From Oculatellaceae cyanobacterium bins.114 (GTDB taxonomy: Bacteria > Cyanobacteriota > Cyanobacteriia > Elainellales > Elainellaceae), in assembly GCA_033764315.1 (NCBI GenBank), contig JANRJA010000227.1, forward strand, positions 1 through 33,954: 33,954 nt of DNA, written 5' to 3'. Below, one piece after another: positions 17,515-26,748 of this stretch; position 1 is the first letter of the stretch, and each line of letters opens with the position of its first letter. The notes under the pieces are model-generated. The model was given only the letters and a program-made list of their open reading frames with translations, did no database searches and was not told the origin of the DNA. Made by a program: the position numbers and the translations under genes.

Positions 17515-18291
17515 TCACCTTGCCGCTGTGGAGCCTCGATAAATCCGGTCTTCTTGCTCTGGCGAGAGCCACGTCAACGGAAAAGCATCAGGTTCTGGAA
17601 TGGGGCAACTAACATTAGATTTAGTAATTTGAATGGGGGGCAGTTTAGTGCCTGCTTCCGTTGGGGTACTCGTGCTGTGTACGGGCAGAAATGCATGTTG
17701 ATCCGCGTTATACCCCAACACCTCACCCGACTCGATGTTATAAATCCAACCGTAGATCTTGAGTTTGCCCTGATAGAGTCGCGAGTGAATGATGGGATAG
17801 GTTTTGAGGTTTTCGAGTTGGGTTAAAACATTTTCAGCGATCGCCACTTCGATCAGTTCTTCCCCTTCATAACTGCTGTAGTGATCTTTAACTAACCGTC
17901 GAGTTGCTTCTGCGTGCTTCAGCCAGTCATGAACTAGGGGCATATTTGCCTCCAGGCTCTCTAGCTTTAACAGTCCTTTCATGGCACCACAATGAGAGTG
18001 ACCACAAACAATAATTTGCTCAATTCCCAAAGCGTTAATGGCGTATTCGATCGCTGCCCCTTCACCCCCGTTTGCCGCTCCATACGGAGGAATAATATTA
18101 CCCGCATTGCGAATCACAAATAAATCACCTGGCTGCGCCTGAGTGATCAAATTTGGATCAACTCGTGAGTCAGAGCAAGTAATAAACAATACTTTGGGAT
18201 GCTGCCCGTGAGTCAGTTGCTCAAATAACTCGAAGTTGCTACAGAAATAACTATCCCGAAATTCTCGTAGCCCTTGAATCAAGTCTTTCAT
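17515..18291 (-). CDS. ccaA: Beta-class carbonic anhydrase, carboxysomal CcaA/IcfA type
   Basis: CSDSR and HSHCG zinc ligands, IRNAGN; C-terminal extension ending WLSPEQEDRIYRGS as in CcaA. Confidence 0.88.
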   Translation of the reverse strand: MKDLIQGLREFRDSYFCSNFELFEQLTHGQHPKVLFITCSDSRVDPNLITQAQPGDLFVIRNAGNIIPPYGAANGGEGAAIEYAINALGIEQIIVCGHSHCGAMKGLLKLESLEANMPLVHDWLKHAEATRRLVKDHYSSYEGEELIEVAIAENVLTQLENLKTYPIIHSRLYQGKLKIYGWIYNIESGEVLGYNADQHAFLPVHSTSTPTEAGTKLPPIQITKSNVSCPIPEPDAFPLTWLSPEQEDRIYRGSTAAR

Positions 18292-18592
18292 ACGCTGGTT
18301 CCCTTCCAGTACAACTCATCTAGTGATGAGCGGTGTTGAATCTAATTTTGAAGGGCAGCACCAATGCTCAGCCTCCCCAAAACCTATAACTTTCTTTTAT
18401 TGTCCCACTGAAACGGAGTCTGTTCATCACAAGAACATTGATTTTCATCCTGATTCCAATGCGGGTTATTGATTAATTGGATTAAGCAGATTTATTGATC
18501 AAGGCATTCCTGCCTCAAAAACAGGTTGAATCATTACCTGTTTTTAACATTTATAGGGCTTTAAAGACTGAACGGTTACTGGGACTGGCTGC

Positions 18593-19624
18593 ATGATTCG
18601 GATTCTACTGGTAGACGACCAAGCGATTATTCGCGAAGCCTTAAAAGTTTTGCTAGAGCAACAGCAAGACTTTGACATTGTGGGAACCGGAAACGACGGT
18701 CAGGCTGCAATTGATCAAATTGAAGTGCTCAAACCCGATGTGCTGTTGATTGACATTCTGATGCCAGGAATGGATGGAATCACCGCAACCCAAATCATTC
18801 GCCAACGGTTTCCTGATACAAAAGTTATTGTTCTCAGTGGGCATGATGACGAGCGATATCTCTCTAACGCTTTGCGTGCTGGAGCCAAAGGATATTTGCT
18901 CAAAAATACAGCAGCCGAAGATCTAGCCAACACAATTCGTTCGGTTTATCGAGGGCACACCCAACTGGGACCAGGACTTGTCGAAAAAATTATGGCTCGT
19001 GTACCAGAGTCGCAGCCTGCTAGTGCTCCTGTAACACCTCCACCTCCACCCCCAACTCCACCCCCAACCTCCGGTATCCCAGAGCCAGAGCTTTTATTGC
19101 TGTTGGATAGCTTTGACACAGAAGCGTTACCAGAATTTGTCAATCAAGTGCTTGAACAAAACATTGAGAGTGACACGTTGGTGCGTTTAGGACGATTTCT
19201 TAAAGAAAAACCTACCAATTTAGCTGCGCTGTATTTAACGGGAACCCTGTTAGGCGAAGCTCAAAGTCGCAAGAAAACAGCGTTGCAGTATCTCAAATTT
19301 GGTTTTAAGGAAGGAATCCGGCAGAAATTAGGGCGAGAGGGATTACTGCTGTTTTATCGAGAAGGGCTGGTGTTGGAACCAGAGGTTGCTTTTTCATGGT
19401 TAACCCAACCTGGAAGTCCCTGGAACAGTGAAGACGGGTGGGCATTCCTATTTAGAGAAGCAACAGAGCGTTTTGGCAAAAATTCTACCCCATACCGTTC
19501 CCTGCTTGTATTGCGACAAATAAGAGCGATGTACACAATGGCTAGGGTTTGTACCTCACTGAATTCAAAACTAGTAGCTCTGCAACAAGGTTTTGAACGG
19601 CTAGATAGTGCAGTAAAGCGGTGA
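18593..19624 (+). CDS. Response regulator: NarL-type receiver, Pro-rich linker, unrecognised helical C-terminal domain
   Basis: LLVDDQ, LLIDILMPGMDG (phosphoacceptor Asp), GAKGYLLK; no LuxR HTH signature. Confidence 0.85.
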   Translation: MIRILLVDDQAIIREALKVLLEQQQDFDIVGTGNDGQAAIDQIEVLKPDVLLIDILMPGMDGITATQIIRQRFPDTKVIVLSGHDDERYLSNALRAGAKGYLLKNTAAEDLANTIRSVYRGHTQLGPGLVEKIMARVPESQPASAPVTPPPPPPTPPPTSGIPEPELLLLLDSFDTEALPEFVNQVLEQNIESDTLVRLGRFLKEKPTNLAALYLTGTLLGEAQSRKKTALQYLKFGFKEGIRQKLGREGLLLFYREGLVLEPEVAFSWLTQPGSPWNSEDGWAFLFREATERFGKNSTPYRSLLVLRQIRAMYTMARVCTSLNSKLVALQQGFERLDSAVKR

Positions 19625-19640
19625 GGTTTAACAAATTTCT

Positions 19641-20366
19641 ATGGAGAAAACTATGACAGACTTAGCTCAAGTTGAGCGGGAACTAGCAGAATTGGCGAAT
19701 CAACTGAGACAGTCCTTTAGGGTCTTAGATGGGTTGGCTCAAGTTCAACAGCGATTTGAGGAGTTATCTCAAACCCATGCAAGGATGAAGGACTATCTAG
19801 ATAAAAATGGCTCATCTGGGGGCAATGTAGCTCAGTTAAAGAAAACCTTAGACGATCGCCTGGTGCAATTTGAAACGGGTATTCGGGCAGATTGGGACAA
19901 TATTCGACGAGAAATAGCGATCGCCCAAAATGATCTGACACTTGCCGATCGCAACATCAATGCTGAACTGATTACCTACAAGCAAGAAATCGATCAGCGA
20001 TTAGATGCCATTTTGCTGGAATGGGAAGAACAGCGTGAGGCATTGCAAGTACCGATTGAAGACTTTGAGGCTCGTTTGAGAGCCGAGATGAAAGCGGCCA
20101 TGAACTGGGTCACACAATCAGGGGTCAATTCTGGTCAGGTTGAGATGCTAGATAATCAGGTGCGAGGGACTCGAACCTCGATTCAAACCCTGGAAAAGCA
20201 ACTCCGCACTATGCGGAACTGGCTGGTTTTTACCGTCATTTTGATTGTGATTTTGGCGTTGGGGTTACCGCTCATGCTGTTTGTGGCAAAACCGACGAAT
20301 CCCAATCAAGTTCCCGCAATACCCAGACGAACCTCGACTCCAACCTCAGAAGAGCCTGTGCAGTAA
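19641..20366 (+). CDS. Coiled-coil protein with a C-terminal transmembrane helix
   Basis: Heptad-like charged helices over ~190 aa, then WLVFTVILIVILALGLPLMLFV; 16 nt after the regulator, GAGG upstream. Confidence 0.8.
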   Translation: MEKTMTDLAQVERELAELANQLRQSFRVLDGLAQVQQRFEELSQTHARMKDYLDKNGSSGGNVAQLKKTLDDRLVQFETGIRADWDNIRREIAIAQNDLTLADRNINAELITYKQEIDQRLDAILLEWEEQREALQVPIEDFEARLRAEMKAAMNWVTQSGVNSGQVEMLDNQVRGTRTSIQTLEKQLRTMRNWLVFTVILIVILALGLPLMLFVAKPTNPNQVPAIPRRTSTPTSEEPVQ

Positions 20367-20511
20367 TCGAGAGCGATCGCCCTGCGTAAGATGCGTTTTG
20401 ACTCTCATTCAACTGGCTCAGGGCAATCTGCTTAACGCTCTCAATCTCTCTAGCAGAGGGTTTTGGCTCCGCTCAACCCGAAGTCTGAATCGAGTCTAAT
20501 GAGGTTCTCCT

Positions 20512-20621
20512 ACTGATACCAATTTGAATTGAAAACACGACAGATCTTGGTACGGGCTTGGCAGTGCCAAGCCCCTCCTAAACTTTGATTTGCCCCAAAA
20601 TCCGTTTAAATCGGTATGAGT
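20512..20621. mobile_element. MITE-like element, 110 bp, carrying a REP-like palindrome
   Basis: Left end ACTGATACCAATTTGAA; right end reverse complement ACTCATACCGATTTAAA. Internal GGGCTTGGCA-G-TGCCAAGCCC at 20554-20574. Confidence 0.65.
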
Positions 20622-20745
20622 TACTATTTTTGAAGTGGCTATTCTTGAAGTTGCCCTATCTCGGCGGCTGATACGAGTGTTGTTCAGAGTGATAAAATCG
20701 TTGCCTGGTATCGGTTCTCAGATCAAACTCTGAGCAAGATATGTG

Positions 20746-21918
20746 ATGGAGGCAAACAAGTTCGATTTTGTGGAGCAGAAGTTACAGCAACGCCGTCAAG
20801 CGCATCAGTTCCGAGTTATTGCTGCCTTTGACCCCGATGATGCTGTCTATGGCATAAGAGGCGATCGCTGCTTTTTAAATTTCAGTTCCAACGACTATTT
20901 GGGTTTATCAAAACATCCGCGATTAATTGAGGCAGCCCAACGCTATACCCAACACTATGGAGCAGGCGCGACGGCTTCTCGCTTAGTCACTGGCACTTAC
21001 ACCATTCACCAACAACTCGAAGAACAACTGGCGATCGCTTGTGGTTATGAAGCCACACTGCTGTTTAGCTCTGGCTTTCAAGCCAACTCGACGGTCTTAC
21101 CTGCATTACTAGATGCATCGGCTTTGGTGTTGTGCGATCGCCTGGTACACAACAGTTTGATTCAGGGCATTCTCGCCAGTCGTGCCCGGTTTATGCGCTA
21201 TCGGCATGGCGATCTAAACCATCTCAAAAGCCTCTTGATCAAAGCCACTCAGCAGTCCTACAGCCGTGTCATGATTGTCTCAGAGACGATCTTTAGCATG
21301 GATGGCGATCGCAGTGATGTCACAGCACTGACGCAGTTGGCGCAAGACTATAACGCCATTCTCTATCTAGATGATGCTCATGCATTAGGGGTGATGGGCA
21401 AACAGGGCATGGGGTTGGCGGCGCATCAACCGGGAATCGACCTGATGGTGGGCACGTTTGGCAAAGCATTTGGAGCATTTGGGGCGTTTATCGCCTGCTC
21501 ACACAAAATACGAGATTACCTGGTGAACTATTGTCCCGGGTTTATCTATACCACCGCTTTGCCGCCTGCCGTGATAGGAGCAATTACCGCAGCATTAGAG
21601 CTGATTCCAACCCTTGATGCTGAGCGGTTGCACCTGCACCAACAAGCCGAGTATCTGCGGGGTCAGTTGCGGCAATTGAGCTGCAATCCAGGCAACTCTA
21701 GTTCCCACATTGTGCCCTTATTGTTAGGAGACGAAGAGCAGACCCTGCACCTGTCTCAATGGCTCGAACAACGGGGCATGTTGGCGATCGCCATTCGTCC
21801 ACCAACGGTTGAGCCGGGAAGTGCTCGTCTACGGATTGCGCTATCGAGCCAACACACCACAAACCATGTAGACACACTGATTCATGCAATCGGGGAGTGT
21901 TATGAGTCAAGCCATTGA
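20746..21918 (+). CDS. bioF: 8-amino-7-oxononanoate synthase
   Basis: NFSSNDYLGL, SRLVTG, FSMDGD, DDAHALG, GTFGKAFG (PLP Lys), AIRPPTV. Confidence 0.95.
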   Translation: MEANKFDFVEQKLQQRRQAHQFRVIAAFDPDDAVYGIRGDRCFLNFSSNDYLGLSKHPRLIEAAQRYTQHYGAGATASRLVTGTYTIHQQLEEQLAIACGYEATLLFSSGFQANSTVLPALLDASALVLCDRLVHNSLIQGILASRARFMRYRHGDLNHLKSLLIKATQQSYSRVMIVSETIFSMDGDRSDVTALTQLAQDYNAILYLDDAHALGVMGKQGMGLAAHQPGIDLMVGTFGKAFGAFGAFIACSHKIRDYLVNYCPGFIYTTALPPAVIGAITAALELIPTLDAERLHLHQQAEYLRGQLRQLSCNPGNSSSHIVPLLLGDEEQTLHLSQWLEQRGMLAIAIRPPTVEPGSARLRIALSSQHTTNHVDTLIHAIGECYESSH

Positions 21919-22573
21919 GGCGATCGCTTACCACGGTTGGGGGTTTGATCAAGACTGTTGGGCACTCTGGCAAGCGCAGTTTGCTGAGCACGCGATTTCC
22001 TTGCAAACCTTTGATCGGGGTTATTTTGGTGCAGCCCACACTCCTACATTTACAGATAACTTCCGCAAAATAGTTATGGTGCATTCCTATGGATTGCATC
22101 TGTGTTCGCTAGAGCATCTGGCTCAAGCAGATATATTGGTGATCTTCGCCAGTTTTCTACACTTTCATCCACAGGAAAATCGCAACCAACGGCGATCGCA
22201 ACGAGTGTTGCAACAAATGATTCTGGAATGTCAACGGCATCCTCAAACTGTATTAGCTCAGTTTTATACCCAGTGTGGACTACCGCTAGAGGATACATTG
22301 AGGCAACATTCAAGTTTCAATAGGGAGCGATTAGTCTCAGACTTACAAGGTTTAAATACAACTCATTTGGATGTTCAGGCATTAAAAACAATTCCAACTA
22401 TTGTCATTTTTCATGGAATCACCGATCAAATTGTGTCCCTGAATAAAGGACGGGAACTATTAGAATTATTGCCCGATCGCACTCATTTCTTCCCAATTGA
22501 CAATGCTGGTCATGCACTACCCTTCACCCATCTTCACGAGTGTTGGAAAATCTTGTATGAAAGATATCTGTAA
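21902..22573 (+). CDS. bioK: Pimeloyl-ACP methyl ester esterase, BioK-like alpha/beta hydrolase
   Basis: HGWGFD, DRGYF, HSYG nucleophile motif (not the GWSLG of BioH), D in HGITDQIV, H in AGHALPF; lies between bioF and bioC and overlaps bioF. Confidence 0.7.
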   Translation: MSQAIEAIAYHGWGFDQDCWALWQAQFAEHAISLQTFDRGYFGAAHTPTFTDNFRKIVMVHSYGLHLCSLEHLAQADILVIFASFLHFHPQENRNQRRSQRVLQQMILECQRHPQTVLAQFYTQCGLPLEDTLRQHSSFNRERLVSDLQGLNTTHLDVQALKTIPTIVIFHGITDQIVSLNKGRELLELLPDRTHFFPIDNAGHALPFTHLHECWKILYERYL

Positions 22574-22617
22574 TTCAAAATAAGAGCCAATGATTCTTTA
22601 CTCAGCACGGTTAACTC

Positions 22618-23418
22618 ATGACTAACACCACCTATAAAGATCAAGTCGTTACTAGTTTTAGTCATGCCACATCAACCTATAACACACACGCCATTGTGCA
22701 ACAGCAATGTGCTCAAGAGTTAATCTCACTCCTGCGATCGCGCCAAAAACAGTTACCAGAAGGCCCTGTTTTAGAAATTGGTTGCGGCACAGGATTTGTC
22801 ACTCAAGAATTAATTCATCATTGTGGCGATCGCCCACTAAAAATTACCGATATTTCCGCATCAATGCTAGAGGTCTGTCAACAAAATCTGCATCTCACAA
22901 CAAAACAGCAGCAACGCATCTCATTTCAACAAATGGATGGTGAAGCCTATAATTCTGATGAAGCTGCTTATGCGATCGTGGTTAGTAATTTCGTAGTTCA
23001 ATGGTTTGAACAACCCATTCAAAGCTTACAAAAACTCATAGCAGCTTTAAAGCCAAGTGGCTTGTTATTGGTTACTTTTCCAACTCATCACAGCTTCCCA
23101 GAATGGCAACAGATCTGTAAACAAATTAACCTTCCATTTACAGGAAACCCATTACCCAACCCTCACTATCTCATTCAAAAACTCACTCAAAAATCAGTGA
23201 ATTGTGTGTGGTATGAAAAAGAAATTAGTACTGTTTACACGCATGCAATCGATTTTTTTAAAAGTCTTAAATTAATCGGAGCAGGTTTAAATCGATGTCA
23301 TCAAAAACTTTCTCCGATCCAAATGAAGCAGTTAATTCGCCATTGGGATCAGCAACATCCAGAAGGAATTCAAATTCACTACCATATTGCTTTTCTAATG
23401 ATTCAGCAAACTGAATGA
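22618..23418 (+). CDS. bioC: Malonyl-ACP O-methyltransferase
   Basis: FSHATSTYNTHAIVQ, VLEIGCGTG, SFPEW, LKLIGA; operon context. Confidence 0.88.
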   Translation: MTNTTYKDQVVTSFSHATSTYNTHAIVQQQCAQELISLLRSRQKQLPEGPVLEIGCGTGFVTQELIHHCGDRPLKITDISASMLEVCQQNLHLTTKQQQRISFQQMDGEAYNSDEAAYAIVVSNFVVQWFEQPIQSLQKLIAALKPSGLLLVTFPTHHSFPEWQQICKQINLPFTGNPLPNPHYLIQKLTQKSVNCVWYEKEISTVYTHAIDFFKSLKLIGAGLNRCHQKLSPIQMKQLIRHWDQQHPEGIQIHYHIAFLMIQQTE

Positions 23419-23534
23419 TTGCAGTCCTGATTTCATACACTAATTTCACATAGTGTTTGGGGAAATCTAGTTGTTGTAATAGCGTTTTAAGAAGTGTTCT
23501 TACCCATATTTTCTCCCGCAGGAATTAAATTGGC

Positions 23535-24170
23535 ATGACTTTATTTCAATTCCCTGATCGGTTTTTTGTCACTGGCACCGATACCAATGTCGGTAAAACG
23601 GTGGTTTCAGCCATGCTGACTGTGGGACTCAATGGTATTTATTGGAAACCTGTGCAATCAGGGTTAGAGCCAATGACCGATACTGAGTATGTGCGATCGG
23701 TGACACAGTTGAATGAAGCTCATTTCCTTCGCGAAAGGTTTCGCCTTACTCAACCCCTCTCACCTCATCGCGCCGCTGAACTGGATGGAGTCGAGATTCG
23801 GTTGGCTGACTTTCAGTTCCCCAATGTTTCCCCAACCGCTCCTTTGATCATCGAAGGCGCAGGCGGATTGATGGTGCCGCTTAACAAAACTGACTTTATG
23901 ATTGATCTGATCCAACACCTGAGCTTGCCAGTTTGTCTGGTTGCTCGCAGCCAATTGGGTACGATTAATCACACTTTGCTCTCGCTGAGGCAGTTGCAAC
24001 GGGCAAACATTTCAGTGCTAGGCGTGATTATCAATGGGGAGTTAAACCCCTCTAATCGAGAGGCGATCGCGCATTATGGACAGGTGCCCATTCTAGGAGA
24101 ATTGGCACCGTTGACCGATATCAATCCAACCACCCTCAACGCTGCATTCCAGCAATTATTCAATCGTTGA
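23535..24170 (+). CDS. bioD: Dethiobiotin synthase
   Basis: VTGTDTNVGKT, WKPVQSG, IEGAGGLMVP, LGTINHTLL. Confidence 0.96.
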   Translation: MTLFQFPDRFFVTGTDTNVGKTVVSAMLTVGLNGIYWKPVQSGLEPMTDTEYVRSVTQLNEAHFLRERFRLTQPLSPHRAAELDGVEIRLADFQFPNVSPTAPLIIEGAGGLMVPLNKTDFMIDLIQHLSLPVCLVARSQLGTINHTLLSLRQLQRANISVLGVIINGELNPSNREAIAHYGQVPILGELAPLTDINPTTLNAAFQQLFNR

Positions 24171-24192
24171 GCCATCCCATCTACGTGCCCCA

Positions 24193-25458
24193 ATGCATCA
24201 CATTTGGTATCCCTTTACTCAAGCCAAAACCGCTTCCCCACCGCTCAAAGTTAAGTCAGCTCAAGGGGTCTGGCTAGAGTTAGACAACGGACAGCGTCTG
24301 ATCGACTGCATCTCAAGCTGGTGGGTCAATCTCCACGGACACGCCCATCCCCACATTGCCGAAGCAATTTATGAGCAGGCAAAGCAACTGGAGCATGTGA
24401 TTTTTGCCGGGTTTAGCCACGACCCCGCTGAACAATTAGCCACCCAGTTGATGCAACGCCTACCCGCTCCGCTGAGTCGAGTGTTCTTCTCAGACAATGG
24501 CTCCACAGCGGTTGAGGTAGCCCTCAAAATGGCATATCAGTACTGGCACAATCAACAGCAGCACCGCACTACGTTTATTGCCTTTGAGGGTGCCTATCAC
24601 GGTGACACGGTTGGGGCGATGTCAGTTGGGGGGCGATCGCTCTTCTCTGAAGTCTTCTCAGACTTGCTCTTCGATGTGAAATATGTTCCCTTTCCAGGGA
24701 CACACCTGGGGGATGAGCAGGTTCAAGCCAAGGAAAGTCACGCCCTAGCCCAGCTTGACCTGGCTCTAACTCAGTCGTCTGATCGCATTGCGGCGATTTT
24801 GATCGAACCCCTGGTGCAGGGGGCAGGGGGCATGCAAATGTGTAGACCTGAGTTCCTTCAACAGGTGCACCATCTGGCACATCGCCACGAAACATTACTG
24901 ATTTTTGATGAGGTGATGACCGGGTTTGGGCGCACTGGCGATTGGTTTGCGTGTCTCAAGGCTGGGGTTGCCCCTGATATTATTTGCCTCTCCAAAGGGT
25001 TGACTGGAGGCTTCTTACCGCTGTCTGTGACGGTGTGCACAGAGACAATCTACAATGCGTTTTACAGCGATGACCCCATGCACACTTTCTATCATGGACA
25101 CAGCTACACCGCTAATCCGTTAGGCTGTGCAGCGGCGATCGCTTCCTGGACATTGATGCACGAAAACGAAGCCCGCTTCCGAGGCATGGAAGCCCTGCAT
25201 CGACACCACTTGGCTGACCTGCAAGACCACCCTCGTTTAGAAAAACTGCGCGTTACCGGGACGATCGCCGCAATGGATATCGTCACTAACGACCAACCTG
25301 GATACCTCAACCAGATTTCTCGCACCGTTCGCGAACGAGCGATCGCAGCAGGTCTCCTCCTGCGTCCATTAGGGCAAGTGCTTTACCTGATGCCTCCCTA
25401 TTGCATCACAGATGACGAACTGGCGTTTGTGTATAGCCGCATCAAGGATATGATTTGA
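24193..25458 (+). CDS. bioA: Adenosylmethionine-8-amino-7-oxononanoate transaminase
   Basis: IWYPFTQ, SSWWVNLHGH, FSDNGSTAVEVALKMA, YHGDT, FDEVMTGFGRTG, LSKGLTGG, HGHSYTAN. Confidence 0.96.
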   Translation: MHHIWYPFTQAKTASPPLKVKSAQGVWLELDNGQRLIDCISSWWVNLHGHAHPHIAEAIYEQAKQLEHVIFAGFSHDPAEQLATQLMQRLPAPLSRVFFSDNGSTAVEVALKMAYQYWHNQQQHRTTFIAFEGAYHGDTVGAMSVGGRSLFSEVFSDLLFDVKYVPFPGTHLGDEQVQAKESHALAQLDLALTQSSDRIAAILIEPLVQGAGGMQMCRPEFLQQVHHLAHRHETLLIFDEVMTGFGRTGDWFACLKAGVAPDIICLSKGLTGGFLPLSVTVCTETIYNAFYSDDPMHTFYHGHSYTANPLGCAAAIASWTLMHENEARFRGMEALHRHHLADLQDHPRLEKLRVTGTIAAMDIVTNDQPGYLNQISRTVRERAIAAGLLLRPLGQVLYLMPPYCITDDELAFVYSRIKDMI

Positions 25459-25484
25459 AATTGCACTGTGTTTAACCTCTAACC

Positions 25485-26441
25485 ATGACTGCGCCGCGCC
25501 ACAACTGGACCACTGCCGAAATTCTGGACTTACTTCAGCAACCTCTACTGGACTTGATCTATCAGGCCCAAACAGTGCACCGTCAACACAATTCTGCTAA
25601 TGAAGTGCAATTGGCGACTCTGATGAGTGTCAAAACTGGAGGCTGCGCCGAGAATTGTGCCTACTGTCCTCAATCGGCCCACTACCAAACCGATGTTGAG
25701 AAAACAGCGATCGCCCCTGTTGCAGAGGTAATCAGCCGCGCAGAGCAAGCCAAAACCTTAGGCGCAAGTCGGTTTTGCATGGGCTGGGCATGGCGCGAGA
25801 TTCGCGATGGAGCCTCCTTTGAGGCGATGTTAGAGATGGTGCGGGGAGTCCGAGCATTGGGACTAGAAGCCTGTGTTACTGCTGGCATGCTCACCGACTT
25901 ACAGGCGCAGCGATTGGCAGATGCAGGGTTAACGGCCTACAACCACAATCTTGATACTAGCCCCGAATACTATGACCAGATCATCACCACACGCACCTAT
26001 CGCGATCGCCTACAAACGTTAGAGCGAGTGCGTCAAGCAGGTATGACGGTCTGTTGTGGTGGCATCATCGGCATGGGCGAGACCCTGAGCGATCGCGCTC
26101 GTCTGTTGGAGGTCTTGGCAAATCTCGATCCACATCCAGAGAGTGTGCCCATAAACGCCTTGGTCGCGGTTGCTGGAACACCCTTAGAACAACAACCACC
26201 CATTGATGCTTTTGAGTTTGTGCGTATGTGCGCCACGGCTCGAATTCTCATGCCAATCAGTCGCATTCGCCTTAGTGCTGGGCGCACCCAACTCAGCCGC
26301 GAAGCACAAGCCCTCTGCTTTTTAGCTGGAGTAAATTCTATCTTTTATGGCGATCAACTGCTGACAACGGCTAATCCAGAGATTAATAGCGATCGCCAAC
26401 TGCTAGCAGACCTCAACCTTAAAACAACTGAATTGGTATAA
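25485..26441 (+). CDS. bioB: Biotin synthase (radical SAM)
   Basis: [15 protein letters not shown] (CxxxCxxC), YNHNLDT, CCGGIIG, ESVPIN, RLSAGR. Confidence 0.97.
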   Translation: MTAPRHNWTTAEILDLLQQPLLDLIYQAQTVHRQHNSANEVQLATLMSVKTGGCAENCAYCPQSAHYQTDVEKTAIAPVAEVISRAEQAKTLGASRFCMGWAWREIRDGASFEAMLEMVRGVRALGLEACVTAGMLTDLQAQRLADAGLTAYNHNLDTSPEYYDQIITTRTYRDRLQTLERVRQAGMTVCCGGIIGMGETLSDRARLLEVLANLDPHPESVPINALVAVAGTPLEQQPPIDAFEFVRMCATARILMPISRIRLSAGRTQLSREAQALCFLAGVNSIFYGDQLLTTANPEINSDRQLLADLNLKTTELV

Positions 26442-26555
26442 CCGCTTGTTTCTCTAGAACTGAGGAAACATAGGGAACATCTATTTGAGGGCGATCGCCT
26501 GCTCCAATATATAAATTGACAGTTGCAATATGACATAACCCTTGCCTTGGCTTGA

Positions 26556-26719
26556 GTGTAGGGGTTTAAAAGTGATAAACCCCCTACACCAAGAGCGTGT
26601 GGCTCAAACCCTAACCAAACGGCATCCAAAAGTCAGGATTGAGCAGAACCGACTCCTTCCTATTTGGGTAGTTCTAAACAAGTAAGGATGTACCCCGCCG
26701 CGCGGGGCACATCCTTACT
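26556..26719. repeat. Two REP-like hairpins / possible terminators between bioB and the peroxiredoxin gene
   Basis: GTGTAGGGGTTTA..TAAACCCCCTACAC (26556-26589); AGTAAGGATGT-ACCCCGC..GCGGGG-C-ACATCCTTACT (26681-26719). Confidence 0.7.
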
Positions 26720-26748
26720 CCAAAATCATTACTTCTAGAGCACTATCC

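Noticed and set aside
20281..20499. 72-aa and 74-aa ORFs (20281-20499, 30364-30588) extending into intergenic DNA
   Set aside because: They overlap the ends of real genes in another frame, have non-ATG or weak starts, and show no motifs.
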